64,000 nucleotides of DNA, taken from NCBI GenBank assembly GCA_009781755.1, contig WQVD01000003.1, positions 53,348 to 117,347 on the forward strand, given 5' to 3'. This document shows positions 10,326 to 19,703 of the stretch, piece by piece. The position numbers and the translations under genes are program-made. Numbering within the stretch: the stretch's first letter is position 1; each line of letters starts with the position of its first letter. The notes below the pieces were generated by a model that saw only the letters and a program-made list of their open reading frames with translations, ran no database searches and had not been told where the DNA came from. This DNA comes from Defluviitaleaceae bacterium (GTDB lineage Bacteria > Bacillota > Clostridia > Lachnospirales > WQUN01).

Positions 10326-11222
10326 ATGCAAAACTTACAACGCCCCACAGGCATCATAAACGCAGTACTCGATACCGACACCTACAACGAAATCGACGAC
10401 CAATACGCATTGGCGTACTTCCTGCGGTCGCCGGAGCGAATTAATCCGTTGGCCATTTACGCCGCACCCTTCGCCAATGTGCGCGCCACCACCCCCGCCG
10501 AAGGCATGGAAAAATCCTACGAAGAAATCCACCGCGTTTTGCATCACTGCGCACGCGAAGGCTTCCCCGCGTATCGCGGCTCCACCACCTACCTACCGGA
10601 TGAATACACCCCCGTAGAATCCGAAGCCGCCCGCGACCTTGTGGAACGTGCACTAGCGCACACGCCCGACAATCCCTTATATGTACTTAGCATTGGATGC
10701 ATCACCAATGTGGCATCCGCACTCCTGATGGTGCCCGCCATCCGCCGCAACATCGTAGTTGTATGGCTGGGCGGGCAAGTCCACCACTGGCCCAACTTGA
10801 AATGGACGGAGTTTAACATGGTGCAAGATATAGCCGCCGCACGGGTGGTATACAACAGCGGTTGTGCACTGGTGCAACTACCCTGTATGGGCGTAGTTTC
10901 GCACTTGATGACCACCGAGCCCGAACTGCGCACCCATATCAAAGGCAAATCATCACTGGGCGATTACCTCTACGATATCACTTGTGACAAAGCCGTGCGC
11001 GAAGATGGCGGCAACGCCGCATGGAGCCGCGTGATTTGGGATATATCCGTAGTAGCGTGGCTGCTGGGCGACGACTTCGTCAAGGATGTAACCGTACCCG
11101 CGCCCATCCCCGCCTACGAAGGCGGCTATCTGCACGACCCGCACCGCCACCCCATGAAGGTAGCATACTATGTAAACCGCGATGCGGTGTTTTTGGATTT
11201 GTTTGGGAAGTTGGCGCGGTGA
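10326..11222 (+). CDS. nucleoside hydrolase (IUNH family)
   Basis: The N-terminal aspartate cluster DTDTYNEIDD matches the DxDxxxDD motif. A GGAGG SD is present. Length is 298 aa. Confidence 0.85.
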   Translation: MQNLQRPTGIINAVLDTDTYNEIDDQYALAYFLRSPERINPLAIYAAPFANVRATTPAEGMEKSYEEIHRVLHHCAREGFPAYRGSTTYLPDEYTPVESEAARDLVERALAHTPDNPLYVLSIGCITNVASALLMVPAIRRNIVVVWLGGQVHHWPNLKWTEFNMVQDIAAARVVYNSGCALVQLPCMGVVSHLMTTEPELRTHIKGKSSLGDYLYDITCDKAVREDGGNAAWSRVIWDISVVAWLLGDDFVKDVTVPAPIPAYEGGYLHDPHRHPMKVAYYVNRDAVFLDLFGKLAR

Positions 11223-11266
11223 AAATGATGCTTGTAACACATATTATTTGATTATAGGAGGATATT

Positions 11267-11818
11267 ATGAACAGTAAAAAATTTTGGGAAATAATCGGTG
11301 AAGCAAGGATGCAAGCTAGCGGTTGGGAGGAAATGATGGAGCCTCTTGTTAGCATGCTGGAGCAACTAGAAGAGGCAGAGATTTTTCATTGGCAACTTAT
11401 ATTTGAAGAGTACCAGCATTTATCCCGCAAAAATAAGCTTTGGGCAGCTGCTTATGTAATAAACGGCGGTTGTTCAGACGATGGCTTTGATTATTTCCGT
11501 GCTTGGCTGACAGCGCAAGGAAAAGAGATTTGCATTAAATCACTTTATGATCCGGAATCATTGGCAACTTTGGACATGGTTGAATATGCTGAATTTGAAG
11601 ATATTATGAGCGCTGCGTCTACCGCTTATTTCAAAAAACTTGGCATATCGCCGGATTATGACCGCTATTATAATGAGCATAGTAAATATTCATTGACCGA
11701 TGCGCAAAGAGATGAAATTGCAATTGAAATAAAATATGCGTCCGACATAGATACTGATTGGAAGGAAAATAATTTGAAGGAATGGTTGCCTAAACTTTGT
11801 GAAAAATATGCCTGGTAA
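11267..11818 (+). CDS. DUF4240 domain protein
   Basis: MNSKKFWEIIGEAR...CSDDGFDYFRAWLTAQGKE resembles DUF4240. A GGAGG SD is present. The gene is AT-richer than its neighbours. Confidence 0.7.
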   Translation: MNSKKFWEIIGEARMQASGWEEMMEPLVSMLEQLEEAEIFHWQLIFEEYQHLSRKNKLWAAAYVINGGCSDDGFDYFRAWLTAQGKEICIKSLYDPESLATLDMVEYAEFEDIMSAASTAYFKKLGISPDYDRYYNEHSKYSLTDAQRDEIAIEIKYASDIDTDWKENNLKEWLPKLCEKYAW

Positions 11819-11885
11819 TAACCTGCAGCACAAATGTTCGAACATGTCAAGTAAGGCATGACAATTGGCATCCTGTAAAATTACC

Positions 11886-12228
11886 GCACAACAAATGAAA
11901 GGCACTCTGTGTCGAATCAGCCGGCTAGAAGATGAAGACTTCGGTTTTTGTCCATTCCGCCGCGCCACTGCACTCATCAGTCCCCTGCATTTGTTGTGAT
12001 GTAATACTTGCAGCACCCGCAGTACCCGCCAATCCCGGGAAGCGAACACTCCACAGTGCACGGTGGTACGTTCATGTCGACAACTTCCTTCGGGCGCGGC
12101 ACAAAACCTCATGAGGTAAACTAAAACAAAGGTTATGTAAAACCCACATGCAACAAACCGGCAATACAACGGAAGCAAACGTTTCTGACTTGTATGGGCT
12201 GTGTTTAATGTGTGTGGGTTTTATTTTA
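11886..12228 (+). ncRNA. candidate structured ncRNA, paralogue 1 (unknown family)
   Basis: A -10 box TAAAAT lies at 11876-11881. 11887-11897 is perfectly complementary to 11988-11998. A UUCG hairpin lies at 11935-11948. The terminator pairs 12139-12148 with 12213-12222 and is followed by ATTTTATT. Conserved blocks are shared with 22828..23175 (-). No ORF is conserved between the copies. Confidence 0.6.
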
Positions 12229-12370
12229 TTCAATAAAAATAGTTAACAATTGGAAACCTTTACGAGCTTACCCAAAAATAACTGTATAATTTATATAGCA
12301 TTAAAGCAAAATGACTTTCAAGGGATGTAATGACGCAAACAATAAAATAATGCGTAGGGAGAGAAGCAAA

Positions 12371-15300
12371 ATGAAAAGTAAGATGAGCAAATTATTGGCA
12401 CTAGCTTTGGTAGCCGTACTGGCATTCAATGTATTATTAATCAACACGCATGCCATGTATGACTCGAATGGAGCGGATTATACCGCAAGCGAGCAAAGCA
12501 TAATGGAAGCTTACGATTCATACAGCGAAAGCGATATAAGCGAAATTGACTACCCGTACAGTGAAAGCGATATAACCGAAATTGACGACCCGTATAGCGA
12601 AAGAGACATAAACGAAATAGACGACCCATACAGCGAAGACAATGTAGTTGAAGTAGAAAACACTAACGAGCATGAAGCTTCATTAAACGATGAACCGGAA
12701 GAAATTGCCGACGCCGACGAAGAAGATGTTTTAACAAATATTTTCACGTTTGTTTTCCCGGAAGATGCATATGGCTATGATGTTCATTTTGTTGAAGGCA
12801 ATGACGGAGCATTTTGCTTGTTATATGGCGTAATTGCCATCGATATGCATGGCAACGAAATGAATGTGTTCGTGATAGATGACGGCGGCTTTGACATTCA
12901 TGCCCAATTTCCGGATAACGTCTTTATCGTTGTGTACGGTGCGGAATGCCTTGTTACCGGTGTTGTACAAACTGTAAGCAGGGTGATTGTTGTAACAATG
13001 GCTGTTACGGCATTAAACGACTTTGTATCGTTTTTCGGTACGGCGACTTGGAGTTTTAATAATAATATGTTGTATATCCACGAAGGCACGATTACTACCC
13101 ACTGGAGCATATGGTGCGATTCGATGCCTTGGTATGATATAAGGCATGATATATATGAAGTAGTAATAGACGGTCCTGTTGTTATCATAGATGCAGGCAA
13201 CGGTTTGTTTGCGAACTTGCCCAACGTCACATCATTTGTGGGTATGGAAAATATCGATGTTTCCGGTGCGGGGCATTTAATGGACTTTTTTGCCGGCGCA
13301 AGTAGCTTGGTGTTATTGGATGTACCAAGTTGGGGTTGGGATTTTAGCAATGTGTTCCGTGTGGATCGCATGTTTTACGGCGTAAGCAGTTTGGAATTTC
13401 TTGACTTATCCGATTGGGATACGAGCTACATGGATAGCATGGGTGGGATGTTTGAAAATGCAAGCAGCCTGCACACCCTGATAGCCCCCCGCTTGATTAT
13501 CGAACATCGAATATATGGTACTACGCCAACGTTTCCATGGATGTTTTATAATGCTAACAGCTTGGTTAATTTGGACGTTTCTGAATGGCAAGTAAGCGGC
13601 GGTTCATTTGATGGGTTTATATCTGTGTTTGAAAATGCAAGCAGCCTGACCGCGCTGGATTTATCCAGTTGGGTAACCACTGATATACGGATGCCCATAC
13701 AAGCATTCGCCAATATGACTGAACTACGTTCTTTGAACCTATCGACTTGGGACATGCGCAACATAGAGGATTTTTATGTAGATAGTTGGATTAGTGATAT
13801 GTTTTACAATTTACCGAATCTTCGTGAATTTATATTGGGGCAGTATTTTTCTTTTCCTGAATATATAGAGTTTGAGTGGGGATCCGGACCCTCGCCAAGC
13901 AATCACAATTTTGCCACCGTACCGCTTAATAACGAGACCTACACTGGTTATTGGACGTACATTGACCCCGCAACCAATCAACAAAGCGCACGCCAATTTA
14001 CCTATCAACAACTCATCGATTATCAAAACGCAACCAATCAAGTAAACCATTGGGTATGGCAAACGCATATGCCGCCTGCGCCCATTGTTATCGATGTAGA
14101 AGAAGACCGCGAAACCACGGTATCAAACCCACCGAGCGGCGGCTACACCATTTATGGCGATGACCCCAACGATATCGGCAACATTTATGTCACCTTTCCG
14201 CCGGGCACCCCTCCGGGTAATATCGAAGTAAATCTGCCAACAGACGACAACGGCGAAACGCTTCCCGGTTGGAGTTATATCATACCGCCAGTGGCAGATG
14301 GCGAAGATGTGGTTGTAATCATCACCCCGCCGGAAAATGAAACGCCATGGGAAGGCCCCGTAATCATCGATATCGAAGAAGACCGAGAAACCACGGTGTC
14401 AAACCCGCCCGATGGCGGTTACACCATCGAAGGCGATGGCTCCAACGATACCGGTAACATCTATGTAACCTTCCCGCCGGGCACCCCTCCGAGCGATATC
14501 GTTGTCAATCACCCCGATGATTGGACATATGAAATCACGACAGATGAAGACGGCAATGTCGTTGTTATCATCACGCCACCGGCCAACGGCGGCAACCAAC
14601 CCGGTGATGATTTTATCATCATTGACGTAGAAGAGGACCGCGAAACCATCGTAAGCAATCCCCCGGACGGCGGTTATACGATCGAAGGTGATGACCCCAA
14701 CGATACCGGTAACATTTATGTAACCTTCCCGCCGGGTACCCCCCCGGGCGATATCATCGTCAATCATCCCGATGATTGGACGTATGAAATCACGACAGAT
14801 GAAGACGGCAATGTAGTTGTTATCATCACGCCACCGGCAGGCGGCGGCAACAATAACGAGAATAACAATAGCGGAAACAACAATAACGAAAACAATGACA
14901 ACGAAAATAACAACAATGAAAACAACAACAACGGAAACAATAACAGCGGAAGCAACAACAATATAAACAATAGCAATGTAAGCAACAACAACGGAAGCAA
15001 CAATGTAAACAACAATGAAAACAACAATAATAGCGAAAGCACCGATGACCCTATTTACGAGGCGCCAACCGATAACACCAACGTGATTGGTAATGACAAT
15101 GTAGAAAACGATGATTATGTCAGTCCTCCGCAACAGGGTAGCGACAGCTCCAATGTTCCCCCGTTGCCCAGCATACCGGGTAACCAAATTATACAAGATG
15201 GCAACCGGTGGATTGAGCTTGACGAAATGGGTATTCCATTTGGTGAATGGCGTTGGGATGACGAAGCAGATATGTGGATATTCACGGCATTTGCTCCACC

Positions 15301-15442
15301 GTCTTTAAGCGCGGCAGTGGGAACCATGCCGCAAACCGGCGTTACACACAGCAATATGTTTTATGTAATGGGGTTATTAATTTCCATCATCGCAGCAGGT
15401 GGTTTGTATGTTTTGCAACGCAAACTGAAGCAAAAAGCATAA
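12371..15442 (+). CDS. BspA-type leucine-rich-repeat cell-surface protein with a sortase-like C-terminal sorting signal
   Basis: The ATG at 12371 follows AGGGAGAG. There is a signal peptide (MKSKMSKLLALALVAVLAFNVLL). Acidic 13-aa tandem repeats (DPYSESDI.EID) follow. The LRR/DUF285-like units read MF...SSL..LDLS.WDTS. There are three 85-92-aa modules and an Asn-rich tract. The C-terminus is MPQTG plus a hydrophobic helix plus RKLKQKA. Confidence 0.85.
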   Translation: MKSKMSKLLALALVAVLAFNVLLINTHAMYDSNGADYTASEQSIMEAYDSYSESDISEIDYPYSESDITEIDDPYSERDINEIDDPYSEDNVVEVENTNEHEASLNDEPEEIADADEEDVLTNIFTFVFPEDAYGYDVHFVEGNDGAFCLLYGVIAIDMHGNEMNVFVIDDGGFDIHAQFPDNVFIVVYGAECLVTGVVQTVSRVIVVTMAVTALNDFVSFFGTATWSFNNNMLYIHEGTITTHWSIWCDSMPWYDIRHDIYEVVIDGPVVIIDAGNGLFANLPNVTSFVGMENIDVSGAGHLMDFFAGASSLVLLDVPSWGWDFSNVFRVDRMFYGVSSLEFLDLSDWDTSYMDSMGGMFENASSLHTLIAPRLIIEHRIYGTTPTFPWMFYNANSLVNLDVSEWQVSGGSFDGFISVFENASSLTALDLSSWVTTDIRMPIQAFANMTELRSLNLSTWDMRNIEDFYVDSWISDMFYNLPNLREFILGQYFSFPEYIEFEWGSGPSPSNHNFATVPLNNETYTGYWTYIDPATNQQSARQFTYQQLIDYQNATNQVNHWVWQTHMPPAPIVIDVEEDRETTVSNPPSGGYTIYGDDPNDIGNIYVTFPPGTPPGNIEVNLPTDDNGETLPGWSYIIPPVADGEDVVVIITPPENETPWEGPVIIDIEEDRETTVSNPPDGGYTIEGDGSNDTGNIYVTFPPGTPPSDIVVNHPDDWTYEITTDEDGNVVVIITPPANGGNQPGDDFIIIDVEEDRETIVSNPPDGGYTIEGDDPNDTGNIYVTFPPGTPPGDIIVNHPDDWTYEITTDEDGNVVVIITPPAGGGNNNENNNSGNNNNENNDNENNNNENNNNGNNNSGSNNNINNSNVSNNNGSNNVNNNENNNNSESTDDPIYEAPTDNTNVIGNDNVENDDYVSPPQQGSDSSNVPPLPSIPGNQIIQDGNRWIELDEMGIPFGEWRWDDEADMWIFTAFAPPSLSAAVGTMPQTGVTHSNMFYVMGLLISIIAAGGLYVLQRKLKQKA
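14084..14845 (+). repeat. three tandem ~255-275-bp coding repeats inside the LRR protein
   Basis: Units start at about 14084, 14360 and 14615. Each encodes I(I/V)D(V/I)EEDRET.VSNPP.GGYTI.GD..ND.GNIYVTFPPGTPP..I.VN...VVVIITPP. Units 2 and 3 are nearly identical. Confidence 0.85.
14849..15033 (+). repeat. AAC/AAT-rich low-complexity tract (poly-Asn linker)
   Basis: Encodes NNNENNNSGNNNNENNDNENNNNENNNNGNNNSGSNNNINNSNVSNNNGSNNVNNNENNNN. Confidence 0.85.
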
Positions 15443-15457
15443 AATATAAAACGTCAT

Positions 15458-15494
15458 AAAAAATAGACCCGTTTAAATACACGGGTCTATTTTA
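15458..15494. terminator. bidirectional intrinsic terminator between convergent genes
   Basis: AAATAGACCCG, a 10-nt loop, then CGGGTCTATTT. T-tracts are present on both strands. Confidence 0.75.
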
Positions 15495-16328
15495 ATTCTT
15501 CGGAGGCGTTATCCCGCGCAATTCATGCGTTGCGTAGCAATGGATGGTTTTCTTTTGGTCCATCAACGATATATCGCGCACGATGAAATCGCCCTTTATA
15601 TATGTGATGACATCCACTTTATCTTCTTCCTTTTTGCCGCCCAAAGTAATATTGCCGCGCGGATAGTCCTTTGTCATCGTACAGGGGATGAGCACCCAAA
15701 AATTATGCACATGTCGCATGGCGATTAAATACAAATCCTCATTGATTTGCACCGTCAGGATGTCTTTCGCACCGAAAATCTTGCGCACTATATCTGTTAT
15801 TAAGCTAAGAGCAAAAATAAAAACATATAATCCTCTTAAAATCCGCGCAACGATGGCCAATATGCGGATGAATAGATGCGGGTCATTTGTCGGTAAAAAA
15901 TGCAAATAAATAAACGCAAGAATGCCCAATGCACAAATGATCCACTTAAAATTGATGACGCGCACGATATTGCCTTGTTTGTCTTTGAGCGTAGCTCCGG
16001 CTACGAATGGGGATGCAAGCGAACCCAACAAGCATGAAGCAGTGATGATGGAAATGGCCAGCCAAGGGTACACCGCGGCCGATTGCATCGCCCACGGCAC
16101 CACAATGCCAAACCCCAATACGCATATTAATGTAATCCAAATATCAAAGCTATCGGGAATGCTTACTTGGTGTATCATTTTTAATGGTATGCCATATTTT
16201 TTTGCCTGCGCATAACGCGCCACATTGGCCAAGGTCAAGCTCAATAAAGTCAAGAATAAAATAATGGTGGTTATGTTGGCGGTGATAAAATCCAATTCGT
16301 CAAAAATTAATGCAATTTGCTCGAACAT
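15492..16328 (-). CDS. hypothetical polytopic membrane protein
   Basis: The preferred ATG is at 16328 (MFEQIALIFDELDF). It has 4-5 predicted TM helices and a soluble C-terminal domain. It is AT-rich and abuts the ruvB stop. Confidence 0.6.
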   Translation of the reverse strand: MFEQIALIFDELDFITANITTIILFLTLLSLTLANVARYAQAKKYGIPLKMIHQVSIPDSFDIWITLICVLGFGIVVPWAMQSAAVYPWLAISIITASCLLGSLASPFVAGATLKDKQGNIVRVINFKWIICALGILAFIYLHFLPTNDPHLFIRILAIVARILRGLYVFIFALSLITDIVRKIFGAKDILTVQINEDLYLIAMRHVHNFWVLIPCTMTKDYPRGNITLGGKKEEDKVDVITYIKGDFIVRDISLMDQKKTIHCYATHELRGITPPKN

Positions 16329-16329
16329 G

Positions 16330-17367
16330 TCACACCTCACCTATGGATAATTGATCTGCGTGCATGGACAATGGCGGTACGATGCCCAAATGGCGGTATC
16401 CCAATTGCGTCACCATACGCCCGCGGGGGGTGCGTTGAATGAAGCCCAGTTGCAATAAGTACGGTTCGGCCACGTCTTCCAATGTGCCGGCTTCTTCGTC
16501 AATGGAAGCGGCCAAGGTGTCCAGCCCTACGGGGCCGCCGCTGAACTTTTCGATGATGGCGTGCAGGATTTTCTTGTCTACCGCATCCAACCCCATGGGG
16601 TCGATGTCTAATCGATCGAGGGAATCTTGTGCTACTTCGTGGGTGATTATGCCGTCGTAGCGTACTTGGGCAAAGTCACGCACGCGCTTGAGCAGTCGAT
16701 TAGCAATACGCGGCGTGCCCCGTGCGCGGCGGGCGATTTCGTCTGCGCCGTCAGGCACGATTTCTACATCCAGTACTTCGGCACTGCGGGTGATGATATC
16801 GCGCAGTTGTGCTACGTTGTATGGCTCTAGGTGATGGATCACGCCAAAGCGGTCGCGCAGGGGTGCGGTCAGCAGGCCGATGCGCGTTGTGGCACCAATG
16901 AGCGTAAACTTGGGCAAATCCAAACGAATCGACCGCGCCGCAGGCCCCTTGCCGATGATGATATCCAGTACAAAGTCCTCCATGGCGGAGTACAGGATTT
17001 CTTCGATGGCGCGAGGCAGGCGGTGGATTTCGTCAATAAATAGGAAGTCGCCCTCGTTTAGGTCGTTGAGGATAGCCGCCATATCACCAGCACGCTCGAT
17101 GGCGGGGCCTGCGGTAACACGCAGCTTGGCACCCATGGCACCGGCGATAATGCCCGACAACGTCGTCTTGCCCAAACCCGGCTGGCCAAACAGCAATACA
17201 TGATCCAGTGTCTCGCCCCGGTGCAACGCGGCTTCTACGAACACTTTCATGTTCTCTTTGACTTTGTCTTGGCCGATGTATTGGTCAAAACTCTGCGGGC
17301 GCAGTTTTAATTCAATTTCTTCGTCTTCTTCCCGGTTGAAGCCGGTGGTGTTTAACAAGCCGGTCAT
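16330..17367 (-). CDS. ruvB: Holliday junction branch migration DNA helicase RuvB
   Basis: The ATG at 17367 follows GAGGAG. Walker A is GQPGLGKTT and the rest shows RuvB-typical [12 protein letters not shown] and IDEIHRL. Confidence 0.95.
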   Translation of the reverse strand: MTGLLNTTGFNREEDEEIELKLRPQSFDQYIGQDKVKENMKVFVEAALHRGETLDHVLLFGQPGLGKTTLSGIIAGAMGAKLRVTAGPAIERAGDMAAILNDLNEGDFLFIDEIHRLPRAIEEILYSAMEDFVLDIIIGKGPAARSIRLDLPKFTLIGATTRIGLLTAPLRDRFGVIHHLEPYNVAQLRDIITRSAEVLDVEIVPDGADEIARRARGTPRIANRLLKRVRDFAQVRYDGIITHEVAQDSLDRLDIDPMGLDAVDKKILHAIIEKFSGGPVGLDTLAASIDEEAGTLEDVAEPYLLQLGFIQRTPRGRMVTQLGYRHLGIVPPLSMHADQLSIGEV

Positions 17368-17389
17368 GCCATACTCCTCTTCCGGTGAG

Positions 17390-17456
17390 TAAATTGCGAA
17401 ACGCACCACCCGCAATTTGCGAGCGGGGTAATTCCGCGAAGCGGAATTTCACTCAA
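17390..17456 (+). repeat. hairpin-repeat family 2, single unit in the ruvA-ruvB spacer
   Basis: TAAATTGCGAAACGCACCACCCGCAATTTGCGAGCGGGGTAATTCCGCGAAGCGGAATTTCACTCAA. It forms two hairpins (17391-17418 and 17430-17448). It is near-identical to 19768..19835. Confidence 0.8.
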
Positions 17457-18073
17457 TTTAATCGCGATAATTTTTTCAATGCCAATTTGATGATCGCCTC
17501 TGCGGTGTGCGAGTCGTCGGCGATTTCCAGCACGGCTTGCATGGTTTCTGCACGGCCGTAACCCAGTGCCAGCAGAGCTTCCATGGCATCTTGCTTGGCA
17601 CCACCCGCCGCCGTATTCAACGCCGCCATTCCTGCCGCGCCGGAGGGGTCAATACCCGCCCATGCGTCTTCGCTTTTCACTTTGTCACGCAATTCCAGGA
17701 TGATGCGCTCGGCGGTTTTTTTGCCCACGCCGGGGGCTTTGCTTAATGCGGCGGCATCCTGTGCCATTACGGTCAAGATAACCTGTTCGGGCGCGAAGGT
17801 ACCCAACACCGCCGTGGCCACTTTGGGCCCGATGCCCGACACGCCAATCAACAACATAAAAAGCCGCACTTCTTCCTTGGTAAGGAATCCGTGCAGCGCT
17901 TGTCCGTTCTCACTTAATTGTAAATAAGTAAACAGTTGCACCTCGTTGCCCGCAGCGGGCAAACGCGCCAATGTCGTGGGCGCGGCTTGTACTTGCAAAC
18001 CCAAACCGCATACATCCACCACTGCGTGTGTATCGCTTACATAGGCCAGCGGCCCCCGTACATAGGCAATCAT
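17453..18073 (-). CDS. ruvA: Holliday junction DNA helicase subunit RuvA
   Basis: The ATG is at 18073 (MIAYVRGPLAYVSDTHAVVDV). HhH motifs are present (GIGPKVA, APGVGKKTAERI). The longer ORF extension up to 18217 has no RuvA-like sequence. Confidence 0.9.
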   Translation of the reverse strand: MIAYVRGPLAYVSDTHAVVDVCGLGLQVQAAPTTLARLPAAGNEVQLFTYLQLSENGQALHGFLTKEEVRLFMLLIGVSGIGPKVATAVLGTFAPEQVILTVMAQDAAALSKAPGVGKKTAERIILELRDKVKSEDAWAGIDPSGAAGMAALNTAAGGAKQDAMEALLALGYGRAETMQAVLEIADDSHTAEAIIKLALKKLSRLN

Positions 18074-18172
18074 GATAATCACGCCTTTATCGTTATCGTT
18101 TTGGCGATTATACCACACGTTAACAACATCCCGCGCCCAAGCATATACATGTACAAAGCGGGAGGGAATGGC

Positions 18173-18916
18173 ATGTCGAAAATCTTGTCTTTTGAAAACG
18201 TATCGCTCACTTACCAAGCCGAAAACGGCGAAGTGAACGCGCTTAACAATATAAATTTCTCGGTCAATGAAGGGGAGTTGGTGTCGGTTATCGGGCCTTC
18301 GGGTTGCGGTAAGACGACGCTGCTTTCTTTGATTGCGGGATTAGAACAGCCAACCGGTGGGCGCGTGTTGAAGCGGGGTACCACGGGATACATGTTGCAA
18401 CGGGATAATTTGCTCAACTGGCGTACCATCCGCGCCAACGTGTTGATTGGGTTGGAAATACGCAAGATGAAAGCACCCGAAAATGAACGCTATGTGGATT
18501 CGTTATTGGCTATGTACGGGCTGGGTGACTTTGCGGACAAAATCCCTGCGCAATTGTCAGGGGGGATGCGCCAGCGTGCCGCGCTGATACGCACTTTGGC
18601 GGTCAAGCCGGATATGTTGCTGTTGGATGAGGCGTTTAGCGCGTTGGATTATCAAACGCGGTTGGTGGTGGCAGACGACGTGCATCGCATCTTGAAGCGC
18701 GAAAAAAAGACGGCGATTATTGTTACGCACGACATTGCCGAGGGTATCAGCATGGCCGACCGCGTAGTGGTGCTGACCAAGCGGCCGGGTACGGTATTGG
18801 AAGTCATCGTGCCGGCATTTGCCAATCCCGATGCAACTCCGTTGGCGCGACGCGAAGACCCCGCCTTCCGCGCATATTTTAACCGCATTTGGAAAGGGCT
18901 GGATGTGAATGTCTGA
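18173..18916 (+). CDS. ABC transporter ATP-binding protein (NitT/TauT-type importer)
   Basis: The ATG at 18173 follows GGAGGG. Walker A is GPSGCGKTT, the signature is LSGGMRQR, and Walker B is LLLDEAFSALD. Confidence 0.9.
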   Translation: MSKILSFENVSLTYQAENGEVNALNNINFSVNEGELVSVIGPSGCGKTTLLSLIAGLEQPTGGRVLKRGTTGYMLQRDNLLNWRTIRANVLIGLEIRKMKAPENERYVDSLLAMYGLGDFADKIPAQLSGGMRQRAALIRTLAVKPDMLLLDEAFSALDYQTRLVVADDVHRILKREKKTAIIVTHDIAEGISMADRVVVLTKRPGTVLEVIVPAFANPDATPLARREDPAFRAYFNRIWKGLDVNV

Positions 18917-19703
18917 GGCACGGTTATTATATTTGAAGCAAATCAAACGCAGGCAGCGATGGATTCGTTTTTTTCAATTTTCGGCGTTAATTTTGACCGT
19001 CGCGTTATGGGAAATATTGGCGCGCGTCGGTTTTATCGATAGTTTTTTGATGAGCCAACCCACGCGGGTGTGGCGCACGATATCCAATTTTCAGCAAAAT
19101 CAATTGTTCACGCACATTGGCGTGACGTTATTGGAAACGGTCATCGGCTTTACCGCCGGGGTTGCGTTGGGGATATTAACGGCATTTATCTTGTGGTGGT
19201 CAGATTTCCTCTCGCGCGTGGCGGAGCCTTATTTGGTGGTGTTTAACGCGCTGCCCAAGATTGCGCTGGGGCCGATAATCATCATTTGGGTAGGCGCAGG
19301 GATGCAAGCCGTCATCGTCATGGCACTGGCGATTTCGCTCATCGTTACCATCATGGAGATGCTGGCGGGCTTTAAAAACGCCGACCCGGAATTAATCAAA
19401 ATGGTCAAGACCTTTGGTGCGGGCCGGTTGCAAACATTTGTAAAGATCGTATTTCCGTCGTCGCTGCCCACATTGTTTAACTGCTTGAAAATCAACATCG
19501 GCCTGACGCTCGTGGGTGTGATTGCCGGGGAATTCTTGGTGTCGCGTGCAGGGTTGGGATACCTAATCGTGTTCGGTGGGCAGGTTTTCCAAATGGATTT
19601 GGTGATGACCAGCGTGATTATCTTGGGGATTGTAGCCGCGTTGTTGTATCGGTTGGTGGCTTTGTTGGAATGGGTCGTGCTGCGGATGTTAACAGTGAAT
19701 TAA
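18909..19703 (+). CDS. ABC transporter permease (NitT/TauT-type)
   Basis: It overlaps the ATPase gene by 8 nt. It has about six TM helices. Length is 264 aa. Confidence 0.9.
   Translation: MSEARLLYLKQIKRRQRWIRFFQFSALILTVALWEILARVGFIDSFLMSQPTRVWRTISNFQQNQLFTHIGVTLLETVIGFTAGVALGILTAFILWWSDFLSRVAEPYLVVFNALPKIALGPIIIIWVGAGMQAVIVMALAISLIVTIMEMLAGFKNADPELIKMVKTFGAGRLQTFVKIVFPSSLPTLFNCLKINIGLTLVGVIAGEFLVSRAGLGYLIVFGGQVFQMDLVMTSVIILGIVAALLYRLVALLEWVVLRMLTVN

Noticed and set aside
12055-12075. A T-box-like GGTGGTAC string inside ncRNA copy 1, suggesting a tRNA-sensing leader.
   Set aside because: It is not conserved in copy 2 (GGTAGCAA). There is no specifier or AG-bulge context and no aminoacyl-tRNA synthetase or amino-acid gene downstream.
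11932-12114. 60-94-aa ORFs inside the ncRNA units (11932..12114 +, 22877..23062 -, 22830..23114 -).
   Set aside because: There is no SD, no similarity between the ORFs of the two copies, and frame-breaking indels between the copies.
11886-12370. ncRNA copy 1 as a riboswitch or attenuator leader of the LRR surface-protein gene.
   Set aside because: Copy 2 has the same promoter-to-terminator architecture but no co-oriented downstream gene. Copy 1 is followed by a further ~140-nt AT-rich spacer with room for the LRR gene's own promoter. The idea is kept only as a minor alternative.
17936-18172. N-terminal extensions of track ORFs. Examples are 17936..18172 of the ABC ATPase, 18074..18217 of ruvA, 17368..17415 of ruvB, 44954..45139 of rpe, 45042..45143, 58811..58903 and 27852..28013.
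   Set aside because: The extensions have no family similarity and overlap neighbouring genes or terminators. Internal starts with good SD sequences coincide with the conserved protein N-termini.
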